A stretch of DNA of 64,000 nucleotides from Longimicrobiales bacterium (lineage in GTDB: Bacteria > Gemmatimonadota > Gemmatimonadetes > Longimicrobiales > Gaopeijiaceae): positions 32,628 to 96,627 of the forward strand of contig CBDDJE010000005.1 of NCBI GenBank assembly GCA_965229435.1. The letters run 5' to 3'. A program made the translations under genes and the position numbers. The notes under the pieces are model-generated. The model worked only from the letters and a program-made list of their open reading frames with translations. It searched no databases and was not told the DNA's origin. Positions 18,842-27,614 of the stretch are shown piece after piece. Position 1 is the first letter of the stretch. Each line of letters starts with the position of its first letter.

Positions 18842-20310
18842 GCGTCGAATCGCTCCAGGAAGGCGGGGTTCTTCTCAGCGAGGGTGCCGTAGATCTCGAG
18901 ACAGGTGTGGGTCCAGCTACGGACCCAGGTGCAGTAGTGCAGGTTGGCGTGGGACGAGGTGCCGTACTGGACGTGGGCTTCGTGGTAGCAGCCCCCGGAG
19001 CAGATGGGTCGGGCCCAGCAGGTGTGGCAGTCGGTTTTCGAGGCGATGTGGTGGTCGACGAGGAACTTGCCCTGTTTCTCGCGGTCCACGCCGTCGACGA
19101 CGTTGCCGATGGTATGCTCTTCGGAGCCTGCGAAGCGGTGACAGAGCGCAACCTCGCCGTCGGTGGCGACGCCCATGAGGCCGAGGCCCGCGCCGCATCC
19201 GTAGGCCTTGCTCACACCCTTGTGGATCTCCTCGATGGTGTCTTTCACGTTGGAGAAGCCGTGGTGCTCGTCCCGGAGAGCACACTCGAGCCACTCGGCG
19301 GCCAACTCCTCGAACTGACGGAGCATGGAGTCCTTCGACTCAGGGGTGATGGCGTAGTCCCGGTGGTCCTGTGTAGTGACCGGGGCCAGCCCGACCTCCC
19401 AGAAGCCGATCTCCTCGGTGAGATGCCGGAAGATCTCCAGGACGTTCATGTTCTTCTGGGTCAGCGTCACCCGTGCACCGATGGGCCGCGAACGATGCCG
19501 GCCCAGAAGCTCCTTGATCTTCGGAAGCACCACGTCGTAGGTGCCTTTGCCGTTGTGGAAGACCCGGAGGCCGTCCTGCACGGGCTTCGGTCCGTCGATG
19601 GAGATGGTGACACCGATGTGGTTGTCGGCCAGCCACTCGATGATCTCGGGCTTCAGCAGCGTCGCGTTCGTCGTCAGGCTGAACTCGATGCGCTTGCCCT
19701 CCTCGGCGGCGCGCCGCCGCCCGTACGCCACCGTCTTCTTCAGAACCGGGAAGTTCAACAGGGTCTCACCACCGAAGAAGGTGAGGTGGGCGACGGGCTG
19801 GTCCCTGTTCTCAGCCAGGAGGAAGTCCACACTCTCTTCGGCGGTCTCGTCGCTCATGAACTTGGGCTGCTTGCCGAACTTCGTGTCGACGATCTTGTCC
19901 TCGCCATACTCGTAGCAGTAGGTGCAGGCCAGGTTGCACTTGTTGGTGACGTTCAGGACCATCGTGTTCAGCGGGAAGTCCGCCGGCGGCAGGTCGTTGA
20001 CCACCTGTTGCTTGGGTGCGTCCACGTCGCCGATGGCCCGGATCTCGGTGAGTTCGGCCAAAGTGCCCAGGATGCGGTCCACGCCGAAGCGATCACCGAG
20101 GTCGTCGACCAACGCGTCGTGCTCCGCCGGACCCTCTGCCAGGAGGTCGAGGATGGCGCATGCGGCCTCGTCCATCCTGAAGATGCCGGCGGACGGGACC
20201 ATGTAGAGGAAGCGGGCGCCGTGGGCTTCGAAGGGGTGAAACTCCCTCAGAGCCAGAAGGGGACTCGCCCCCGTGGTATCGGGTGCTCCGGTGGCAACGG
20301 GTGGGTTCAT
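18838..20310 (-). CDS. qhpD: Radical-SAM/SPASM-domain peptide maturase QhpD (forms Cys-to-Asp/Glu thioethers in QhpC).
   Basis: CNLACTYC matches the CxxxCxxC rSAM motif. Clustered C-terminal cysteines (CGAG...CHR, CHTCWARPICSGGCYHE, CTWVRSWTHTC) match a SPASM domain. About 490 aa. ATGA overlaps with both neighbours. Confidence 0.9.
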   Translation of the reverse strand: MNPPVATGAPDTTGASPLLALREFHPFEAHGARFLYMVPSAGIFRMDEAACAILDLLAEGPAEHDALVDDLGDRFGVDRILGTLAELTEIRAIGDVDAPKQQVVNDLPPADFPLNTMVLNVTNKCNLACTYCYEYGEDKIVDTKFGKQPKFMSDETAEESVDFLLAENRDQPVAHLTFFGGETLLNFPVLKKTVAYGRRRAAEEGKRIEFSLTTNATLLKPEIIEWLADNHIGVTISIDGPKPVQDGLRVFHNGKGTYDVVLPKIKELLGRHRSRPIGARVTLTQKNMNVLEIFRHLTEEIGFWEVGLAPVTTQDHRDYAITPESKDSMLRQFEELAAEWLECALRDEHHGFSNVKDTIEEIHKGVSKAYGCGAGLGLMGVATDGEVALCHRFAGSEEHTIGNVVDGVDREKQGKFLVDHHIASKTDCHTCWARPICSGGCYHEAHVQYGTSSHANLHYCTWVRSWTHTCLEIYGTLAEKNPAFLERFDA

Positions 20311-22151
20311 CGAGGTGCCTCGGAGGTTGAGCCGGGGTGTGTGGGACCTGAGGGTGTGGAGCCAGGAGCGTCCACGCCCGTCGAGCCCAGTCCGGTCGAG
20401 CCGTCACCCACGGGTCGCCGCCCGTCGTCGATGGGACGCCACGGGTCGAACTTGATGTAGAGAGGCACCGTCACCACCAGGTGACCCCGGGCGGTGAGGG
20501 GCTCGCCGTCGGAGCGGGCGTGTGTCGCCACGACCCAAACGTCTCCGATGTTGTTCCGGAGGCCCGAGCGGTCGGGGTTGGGTCCGTCCAGAGCCGGAAC
20601 GAAGACGCCGTCCTGACGCATGGTACCGATGAACTCGATGTCATCGTCGCCGAACACGGCCGCGTATTCCTCGACGTGCCACGAGACGTCGACCCGTCCG
20701 AGCTCGAGGTCGTCCTCGGTGTCGGGCTCGCCGTCGGCGCCGTTGTCGTAGCCGACGGCGTCGAAGATCTCGTACTCCTTTGGAAAGGCCGCTCCACCCA
20801 CTCTGGCCATCCCCGTCACCGGCGTGACGGCGATGCGATCGAGGCCGTCGTGGACCACCACCAGCTCGGGCCGGACGACGCCGAACGCAAAGAGATCGCG
20901 GTGTCCCGTGAGTGCGTCGTCGTCCACGGCAAGGCGGACGCGGTAGGCGTCGGCCGATCGTGACTCCACCGATACGACCTCGACGCCGGCTCCGAAGTCC
21001 AGCTCATCCGTGGCGGACCCGGACGTGGGGAGATTCTCGCCATAGAGCGTGACGGAGGTGGTCTCACCGACCTGAAGCGCCTTGGGGTGGACGCCCGACA
21101 GAACCGGGGCACCCGACACCCTGCGGAGTTCCACGTCCGGGCCCATCTCCTCGTAATCCCCCCTGAACCAGCGTCCGAACATCTCCTGCTGGTTCCGCTC
21201 GACGAACATGACCTCGCGGAGCTCGCTGTCGGAGCCCGGATTGGAGCGACCACGCCACTGGTAGCCGGTGTAGACCATGGCCTGGCCCGAGCGCTCGACC
21301 CGCTCGCCCGACTCGGCGTACACGTAGCTCGCCGTGGAGGTGAACGCGTCGGGATCGTTCGCCACCGGGGAGATCGTCAGCGTCCCGTAGAGGGGGCCCT
21401 TGCCGACTTCATACCCCGACAGGGCCCACTCGCCGGCGAGGCGAGGTGACCGCTTCGTCGTCTTCCAAGCGGTCCATTCGGCCGTCTCCAGGGGAAAGGC
21501 CTCGGAGAGGTGATCGATGGCCCGATCCATGGGATGGCGGGGATCCCCTTCTTCCGGTGGTGGACCAGCCCGTCGGAAAGCCTGGAAGTCCACCAGGGGA
21601 TAGAGAGCGCGGTGCGTTGCGAGGAGCAGGCCCCACTCGTCTCTCGTTCGGCGCTGGGTGATGACCCGACCCATGGAGTGGCACTGGATGCACGTGAACT
21701 CCACGTCCGAATCGCCCGGGTAGTCGTACGGATAGCCGATGCTCCGGGCCTCCACCTCGAAGTGGCCTGGCCGCAGCTCCTCCGGAGCCAACCCCTGCTC
21801 GTCAGCCAGGTAGCGGGCGATTTCGCGAGCGTCATCCTGGTTCAGGCGGGCGCCGTGGAGGGCGACCATACGGCGGATGGACGTCTGCCATCCCTCCGGC
21901 GTCTTGCGGAGGTACGAGATCCGCGACATCCGCCCCTCGTCGTCCACCGTGTGGCACCGCGAACAGCGGTCGATGACGGTCTGGTTCTGGACGGCGTAGC
22001 CTTCTGGGATCATCGACGGTGCCGGGTCCGCCGATTGTTGGGGGATCCAGGCCAGGAGAACGCCGACGAGGGCGGTGCCGGCGAGGACGAGCGGGAAGCG
22101 TGCAGGAGACGCCATCGACCCCGGGGTGTTGGAGTGAACGTGCGAAGACAT
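20307..22151 (-). CDS. qhpA: QHNDH alpha subunit (dihaem cytochrome c), QhpA. The true start is possibly at 22115.
   Basis: Signal peptide. Two CxxCH motifs (CSRCH, CIQCH) sit in the N-terminal dihaem domain, followed by large beta-rich domains. The stop overlaps the qhpD start. Confidence 0.8.
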   Translation of the reverse strand: MSSHVHSNTPGSMASPARFPLVLAGTALVGVLLAWIPQQSADPAPSMIPEGYAVQNQTVIDRCSRCHTVDDEGRMSRISYLRKTPEGWQTSIRRMVALHGARLNQDDAREIARYLADEQGLAPEELRPGHFEVEARSIGYPYDYPGDSDVEFTCIQCHSMGRVITQRRTRDEWGLLLATHRALYPLVDFQAFRRAGPPPEEGDPRHPMDRAIDHLSEAFPLETAEWTAWKTTKRSPRLAGEWALSGYEVGKGPLYGTLTISPVANDPDAFTSTASYVYAESGERVERSGQAMVYTGYQWRGRSNPGSDSELREVMFVERNQQEMFGRWFRGDYEEMGPDVELRRVSGAPVLSGVHPKALQVGETTSVTLYGENLPTSGSATDELDFGAGVEVVSVESRSADAYRVRLAVDDDALTGHRDLFAFGVVRPELVVVHDGLDRIAVTPVTGMARVGGAAFPKEYEIFDAVGYDNGADGEPDTEDDLELGRVDVSWHVEEYAAVFGDDDIEFIGTMRQDGVFVPALDGPNPDRSGLRNNIGDVWVVATHARSDGEPLTARGHLVVTVPLYIKFDPWRPIDDGRRPVGDGSTGLGSTGVDAPGSTPSGPTHPGSTSEAPR

Positions 22152-22224
22152 CCTGCGTCGGTGACGGCGACTTCGCCAGGGGCGTGGATCGATTCCCGGA
22201 CGGCGTCACCGTGAGGCCGGGGAG

Positions 22225-23826
22225 CTAGGATCCTCGCCCCTTCTTCCCTTCGCGGGTCTCAGCGAACCCCAGGAGGCCGGCGGCGAAAGCGGTCGAGAGC
22301 GCCGTGAGGTAGTCGGGGAGGGTGACGGGGGGCGCTACGGCGTTGTAGGCGGCCCAGCCGTCCGCGACATCGTCGTGGCGGGGGGCGATGTCCAACAGGG
22401 CCCGCAGGTCCACGCCCCTCACGAAACGAAGCCCGCTTGGTGCGAGGTCGCTGGCCACGTGATCCTGGAGGACGATCCTGTGCCCTTCGATGGCGGGGCG
22501 CTCGACGACGCGGACGGTGGGGCCGGTGACGGCGTCCAGGGTGTCGCGGGCCTTGAGGGATTCGAAGGCGGCTCGGACGTCGGACTCGGGGACTTCGGGC
22601 TCGAGGCGGTCGGGGTCGGCAACGGGGGCAGAGGGGGTCGACGAGGGGTGCTTCGCCCCGGTGTCGGTCTGTGTGGCGGCGGCCAACCGTGCCGCGGCTG
22701 CGCGTTCGGTCCAGTAGGGTGTCCCGTACACCTCCGCCCCCGCGGCGAAAAAGTCGGCCGAGACGGCGCGATACCGCTGGTAGACCGTGGCTTCTCTGCG
22801 ATGGAAGAAGTCCAGGGCCGTGGAGGCCATGCCGGGGTCCACCAGCGCGGTGTGGACCACGATGCCGGCGAGCCAGCCCGACGAGAGGGCTTTCTTCACG
22901 CCGAACGAGGACAGGGGATCGATGAAGGAACCCGCATCCCCCGCGAGGACGAGGCCGGGCTCGGCGAACCGTTCGGACGTATACAAGGATGCCGGGCACG
23001 CCCACGCCGACCCCACGGGCTCGGCTCCCTCTCGAAGGGGCCCGATCCGATCCGTCTTGTCCAGCTCTGCGTCGAGGATGTCGTCCACCGACGCGCCTTC
23101 CAGGTCGGCGGTGCGTTGGTCGATCATCGTCGTGAGGCATCGCATGTCGGGTCCGAGGGGCACGGACCACGCCCACCCGACGTCATAGCTCTCCACGACC
23201 GTATGATGCGACTCGTCGTCGTTCCATCCTCCCGGTCTGCGCCAGCGACGGACGACGGCGAGGGTCGTCGTGCTCCGGTCGGGCAGTCGATTGGGGCGGG
23301 CAAGGACGCCCTTCCGGCCAGTGGCGTCGACGACCCATCGGGCCCTCAGGACGATGGCCTCTCCGTCGTGCTCGCAGTGGAGTGCCCATGCCCCGGCGTC
23401 GGGGTTCGTGTCCTGGCCTGTAGACGCCTCGCGCGATCCGGATCGGCACACGGCGTCGCGAAAGACGATGACGCCCGCCTCTTCGGCGACGGAGACCAGC
23501 ACGCGCTCGAGTGAGATCCGGTCGGCGTGGAAGCCCTCTGCCTCCGAAGCGAAGTCTTCACGCCTGGGCGGGCTGCCCGCCCAGTGCACCAGATTCCCCC
23601 GATTGGGGTGGAAGGCCGCGGCGTCGACGGCTGCCAGAGCTCCAAGCTCATCCAGGACGCGTCGGGCAGACGGGGGGATCGACTCGGCCAGCGCCGCTGC
23701 CGGGGGCGTCGTCGGTCGGACCAGAGCCACCCGGTGGGCCCTCCGCGCCAGGAGAATGGCCGCCGCACACCCTGCGGGGCCCGCGCCCAGCACCACCACA
23801 TCGAGGGATCGGGCGTCGTCACTCAT
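22225..23826 (-). CDS. qhpG: FAD-dependent monooxygenase QhpG (Trp hydroxylase for CTQ biogenesis).
   Basis: The Rossmann dinucleotide motif VVVLGAGPAGCAAA is at the N-terminus. Length and context fit a flavin monooxygenase. The start is taken at MSDDARSL rather than the ORF's 5' extension. Confidence 0.75.
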   Translation of the reverse strand: MSDDARSLDVVVLGAGPAGCAAAILLARRAHRVALVRPTTPPAAALAESIPPSARRVLDELGALAAVDAAAFHPNRGNLVHWAGSPPRREDFASEAEGFHADRISLERVLVSVAEEAGVIVFRDAVCRSGSREASTGQDTNPDAGAWALHCEHDGEAIVLRARWVVDATGRKGVLARPNRLPDRSTTTLAVVRRWRRPGGWNDDESHHTVVESYDVGWAWSVPLGPDMRCLTTMIDQRTADLEGASVDDILDAELDKTDRIGPLREGAEPVGSAWACPASLYTSERFAEPGLVLAGDAGSFIDPLSSFGVKKALSSGWLAGIVVHTALVDPGMASTALDFFHRREATVYQRYRAVSADFFAAGAEVYGTPYWTERAAAARLAAATQTDTGAKHPSSTPSAPVADPDRLEPEVPESDVRAAFESLKARDTLDAVTGPTVRVVERPAIEGHRIVLQDHVASDLAPSGLRFVRGVDLRALLDIAPRHDDVADGWAAYNAVAPPVTLPDYLTALSTAFAAGLLGFAETREGKKGRGS

Positions 23827-23891
23827 GGGGTTCGCTTGCCGCGGGGGATGGGCGGCGGGATGGTTAGGGACGTTCGGGACCAACCAAGAGG

Positions 23892-25367
23892 GTGATGATG
23901 CATCGAATCGGAAGAACGGGGGTGACGGCGTTCCTGTTATCGCTCTTCGGGGTCGCCGTGTCGAGTCTCGTTGCGCCCGTCGCGGGTCAGGAGGTGCCCG
24001 CCCTCCAGGCCGACGACCTGGTCATCCTGGGAGGGCGTCTCTGGGACGGAGTGGCCGAGGACGCTCGTGCCAATCCGGGGATCCTCGTCCGCAACGGCAC
24101 CATCCTGCATATCGGTGCCGTCGATCCCATGGGCACCGGGGCCCGGGCGGTCCTCCTGGACGACGAGCACTTCATCATGCCCGGCCTTTTCGATCTCCAC
24201 GCCCACTACGCCGTCGATCTGTTCGGCCAGGGGCGCGTGGATGAGTACACCGTCAATCCCGTGATCTTCCTGGCCAACGGCGTGACCTCGACCTTCCCGG
24301 CGGGCGAAGTGGATCCGGCCGAGGCCGCCCGGGGGCGTCGACGTGTCGCCAGGGGCGAGGTACCCGGCCCGCGGATCTACGCCTCCGGGCCCTACTGGGG
24401 GACGGCTCGGCCCGGCTGGCGCCACGAGGCCATGACGCCCGATTCCATCCGGGCGGAGGCGACGTTCTGGGCTCTTCAGGGCGTGAGGGGGTTCAAGGCG
24501 AAGGGGATCCGTCCAGACCAGCTCGACGCACTCATCGACGTGGCCCACGAACACGGGATCACCGTCACCGGCCACCTGGACTCCGGCTACCGGAACTCCG
24601 TGAATCCCCGTGACGCCATCCTCATGGGCCTCGATCGGGTCGAACACTTCCTCGGGGGAGCCGCTCTGCCGGCGGAGCGGTCGGCGTACGCCAGCCTCGA
24701 GTCACTGAACCTCGACGATCCGACCACGGCCCGGCACGTTCGCGACCAAGCTCGGCTCTTCATGCGTCAGGGTGCGTACTTCGACGCCACGCTCACCGCC
24801 TATGGGTACTTCGCCGACCGTGAGCCGGTGGTTTTCGACTACTGGTTCGACGAGATGGGCTTGCTGACGCCCTACGCCCGCGAGGTCGTCGAGGGCGATC
24901 TTCCCCGAGAGCCCAGTGAGCAGTTCCGACGCATCTACTATGTGAAACGCCGGACCGTGAAGGCCTTCTGGGACGCCGGAGCCGGTGAGCACCTTACGCT
25001 GGGTACGGACCACCCGAGTTGGGGGGAGTTCTTCTCCGGCTTCGGCGCCCATCGGGAGCTCCACGCCATGGTTCTGGCTGGCATCCCACATGTGGGGGCC
25101 CTCCGCGCCGGGACGATCAATGCCGCGAAGGCCATGGGTGTCGACGAACGGCTCGGCACCATCGAGGTGGGAAAGTACGCCGACCTCCTTGTGGTGCGCG
25201 GCGATCCGCTGTCAGACATCACCGACACCCGAGACGGTCACGTCGTGATCCGGTCTGGCAGGGTGTACGAGCCCCGACGTCTGTTCGAGTCGATCCAGGG
25301 CCGGCTGGGTCCGAGGGGGCCTGGAGAGGCCGACTGGTGGAAGGGGAATGTGCGGTTGGGTCGGTAG
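23892..25367 (+). CDS. Secreted amidohydrolase-superfamily metal-dependent hydrolase.
   Basis: Signal peptide. The HxH-type motif (FDLHAHY) and later metal-ligand His/Asp blocks (VTGHLDSG, ...GTDHPS...) match the amidohydrolase fold. Divergent from qhpG. Confidence 0.75.
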   Translation: MMMHRIGRTGVTAFLLSLFGVAVSSLVAPVAGQEVPALQADDLVILGGRLWDGVAEDARANPGILVRNGTILHIGAVDPMGTGARAVLLDDEHFIMPGLFDLHAHYAVDLFGQGRVDEYTVNPVIFLANGVTSTFPAGEVDPAEAARGRRRVARGEVPGPRIYASGPYWGTARPGWRHEAMTPDSIRAEATFWALQGVRGFKAKGIRPDQLDALIDVAHEHGITVTGHLDSGYRNSVNPRDAILMGLDRVEHFLGGAALPAERSAYASLESLNLDDPTTARHVRDQARLFMRQGAYFDATLTAYGYFADREPVVFDYWFDEMGLLTPYAREVVEGDLPREPSEQFRRIYYVKRRTVKAFWDAGAGEHLTLGTDHPSWGEFFSGFGAHRELHAMVLAGIPHVGALRAGTINAAKAMGVDERLGTIEVGKYADLLVVRGDPLSDITDTRDGHVVIRSGRVYEPRRLFESIQGRLGPRGPGEADWWKGNVRLGR

Positions 25368-25901
25368 GTGAGTCATGGCGAGGTGGTCCTCACCGAGACG
25401 GACCGACGCGTGATCCGCGAAACCGCTGAAGACGTTCGAAGCTCGCCGCCGCCGTCCGTCCAGGCGCGACTCGGGATTCCGGCGGCGGTCACCGGCGGGA
25501 TCATTCTTCTGGGCTGGCCACGTGTCGTCGGGCAGCTGCCTGGAGGCGACTTCGTTTCACCCTTCGTCACTCTCCTCGCCGTCCTGCTCCTCGTCGGGGG
25601 ACCGGCCCTCGCGCTTCTCGGCGCCGTCGGGAGAGGTGGATCGAGGGTAGCCGTTCAGGCGGCCCTCGCGAGGCTCCGCGACCCCGAAGCCGACGACGAG
25701 ACGCTCATCCGGGCCGCGACGGTTCTCGTCCTGCACGCCTACGAGCATCGAGGTCCCACGACCGCGCAGGTCTTCGACCCCGCCGAGGTCGGGGCCGCGC
25801 TCGGCTCGGGCCTGGCCCTCGTCGAGGCCGTCGAGCACTACCTCGTCGAGGAAGGCGCCGCGAATCCGGCCTTCCGTGACAGGGCAAACGAGGGCGAGTG
25901 A
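25368..25901 (+). CDS. Hypothetical membrane protein (177 aa).
   Basis: It begins immediately after the amidohydrolase stop. Two or three TM segments (GGIILLGWP..., FVTLLAVLLLVGGPALALLGAV). No family recognised. Confidence 0.45.
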   Translation: MSHGEVVLTETDRRVIRETAEDVRSSPPPSVQARLGIPAAVTGGIILLGWPRVVGQLPGGDFVSPFVTLLAVLLLVGGPALALLGAVGRGGSRVAVQAALARLRDPEADDETLIRAATVLVLHAYEHRGPTTAQVFDPAEVGAALGSGLALVEAVEHYLVEEGAANPAFRDRANEGE

Positions 25902-26014
25902 GGCGTTGGGCTCGCACCGCACCGTCGTGTGGTGTAGGTGCCACACGTGAGCCGGGACGGCAAATGCCGGCGGGCTCCGCCCCGCCCGGATCGGACGGCT
26001 AGCCTGATATGTAA

Positions 26015-26033
26015 GTCATTGACATAGCATGAC
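26015..26033. promoter_or_regulatory. Inverted repeat GTCAT-N9-ATGAC overlapping a TTGACA hexamer in an AT-rich intergenic islet upstream of the PEP-CTERM gene.
   Basis: gtcattgacatagcatgac equals its own reverse complement at the arms. The local GC is far below the window average. Confidence 0.35.
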
Positions 26034-26156
26034 TTGTAACGACCCGCCGCCGGCTCGCAATAAAGTTCTTGGATGGCGATACGGCGGGCATGTAGATTGC
26101 TACGTAGCATTCGCATGAACGAATGTGTGTGTCCGAACCCCCAGAAAGGACCATTC

Positions 26157-26852
26157 ATGAAGCGGGCTTTCTTCTTCGCCGTCACGCTGGCCTTCGCGCT
26201 CGCACCAACCCAGGTGAACGCGCAGATCGTCGACTACGGTGGAACGGCGACCACCGGCAGCCACTATCTCGACTTCGTGTCGGGATCATTTGTAAACGGT
26301 GGCTACGGCGTGCAGGTCGGGCCGTACGTCGGGAACTTCGTCGGCGACGGCTTCGGCCAGTTCAGTATCTACTGTGTCGACTACCTGCATTTTGCTCAGG
26401 ACGGCAACGTCGTCGTGTCCCAGATGTCGGGCTCATTGGCCTCCACTCGACTCGGACAGAACCTGTCGCAGGCTCAAGCGCGGGCAGTCTATCAAAAGAC
26501 GGCCTATCTGTCCTCTCTCTTCGCCACGACGAATCAGTCGGCGTGGGGCGGCATCCATGCCGCAATCTGGGAGATCAGTTCAGGCCAGACCCTCGGCAAT
26601 ACTGCGTCTCGGGACATGTACGTGAACATGGCGAACGCCAACTACTCCTCGGTCAATCTGAACCAGTGGTACGTCATCACCGCCGCCGGCGCTGGACTCG
26701 ACGGCCATCTGCAGAGTGGCGACGGCCTCGGCCAGGAGTTCCTCATGCGTAAGTCTGTTCCCGAGCCGGGAACGATCCTCTTGATGCTCACGGGCTTCGT
26801 CATGCTCGTCGGTGCCAGCCGCAAGCGGGTACTTGCGAGGATGAGTCTGTAG
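26157..26852 (+). CDS. PEP-CTERM sorting-domain secreted protein.
   Basis: Signal peptide MKRAFFFAVTLAFALAPTQVNAQ. The C-terminus is VPEPGTILLMLTGFVMLVGASRKR, which is a PEP motif plus TM helix plus basic tail. The body is Gly/Asn/Ser-rich. GC is lower than the surroundings. Confidence 0.75.
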   Translation: MKRAFFFAVTLAFALAPTQVNAQIVDYGGTATTGSHYLDFVSGSFVNGGYGVQVGPYVGNFVGDGFGQFSIYCVDYLHFAQDGNVVVSQMSGSLASTRLGQNLSQAQARAVYQKTAYLSSLFATTNQSAWGGIHAAIWEISSGQTLGNTASRDMYVNMANANYSSVNLNQWYVITAAGAGLDGHLQSGDGLGQEFLMRKSVPEPGTILLMLTGFVMLVGASRKRVLARMSL

Positions 26853-26881
26853 AGGACCTTGGCCGGCACGCGTAGGCGCCG

Positions 26882-26923
26882 AGCGGGGCGCGAGCTCGAA
26901 GGGCTCGCGCCCCGCTTTCGTTC
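26882..26923 (+). terminator. Rho-independent terminator after the PEP-CTERM gene.
   Basis: A perfect 13-14 bp GC stem AGCGGGGCGCGAGC / GCTCGCGCCCCGCT with a 7-nt loop, followed by TTTCGTT. Confidence 0.7.
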
Positions 26924-27007
26924 GCCCTAGATAGGAAGCGCCGGGAGGAGTCGTGCCCCAGGCGCATTCCGTCACACAGGCCTTCATCGGAGAACATCGC
27001 CCACGCC

Positions 27008-27511
27008 ATGATCGACCGAGACGTCTCACCCTGGCTCGTCTGGGGCATCTACCTCTTCGGCATCGCTTTCATGTTGACCGCTGCCATCGACCTGTTCACT
27101 ACGGTCTGGCCGTTGCGCCCTACGGAAATGACGTGGCGTTACGGCTTCCTCGGCCTCGCGGCGGGCTACCTGCAGACACCCGCCCTGGGCCTCCTGATGA
27201 TCGCGTTGGGAGCTATCTGGCAACGAAACGCCAGTCTTCTACGGGCCGTCGGAGTGGTCTGCCTCGCAACCGCCGTCCTCTACCTCGTCATCATGGGTGT
27301 CTTCGCTCTGGACGTGATCCAGGTCCGACAGATTCGCCCACCCGAGGCCCAGGCCGGCGTGCTTTATGGTGGGATCTTTCAGGAGATCAAGTACTTCGTG
27401 GCAATGTGCGTCTTCGTCCTTATCGGGCAGGGGTGCTTGAAGACCGCCAGGCAATCTGCCGCGGACTGGGCGAAACACGCGCCGGGTATCGTCACCACGC
27501 CCGGTGTGTAG
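27008..27511 (+). CDS. Hypothetical small integral membrane protein (167 aa, about 4 TM).
   Basis: Four hydrophobic helices and a Trp-rich N-terminus. No family recognised. Confidence 0.5.
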   Translation: MIDRDVSPWLVWGIYLFGIAFMLTAAIDLFTTVWPLRPTEMTWRYGFLGLAAGYLQTPALGLLMIALGAIWQRNASLLRAVGVVCLATAVLYLVIMGVFALDVIQVRQIRPPEAQAGVLYGGIFQEIKYFVAMCVFVLIGQGCLKTARQSAADWAKHAPGIVTTPGV

Positions 27512-27614
27512 GGCTGACTTGCCGGTACCCGTGTAGCTGAGACGAAGGCGACGAGCCCGTCCGAGGACCCGTCGCCTTCTTCTCACGTCGTTGGTCCGGC
27601 TAGGCCGCCTTCGA

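Noticed and set aside
14796-20310. Interpretation of the rSAM/SPASM plus Cys-rich peptide plus S8 protease plus ABC exporter as a novel sactipeptide or ranthipeptide antibiotic cluster
   Set aside because: Per my recollection of characterised QhpC, the precursor core carries its signature blocks (GWEVD, LCQP.E, C.WPA.V, DWRKL..FP). It is flanked by the dihaem QhpA, the propeller QhpB and the FAD QhpG. This is the QHNDH enzyme-maturation system, not a secreted bacteriocin.
18907-20460. 517-aa plus-strand ORF across qhpD
   Set aside because: It is a shadow ORF, antisense to a gene with unmistakable rSAM/SPASM motifs. Its composition is dominated by V/G/D/E/L/A from GC-rich codons and it has no motifs.
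25990-26100. Possible sigma-54 element (TGGCGATACGGCGGGCAT) upstream of the PEP-CTERM gene
   Set aside because: The GG/GC spacing is off by one and the flanks do not match the consensus. It is likely chance. The TTGACA-containing inverted repeat is the better regulatory candidate.
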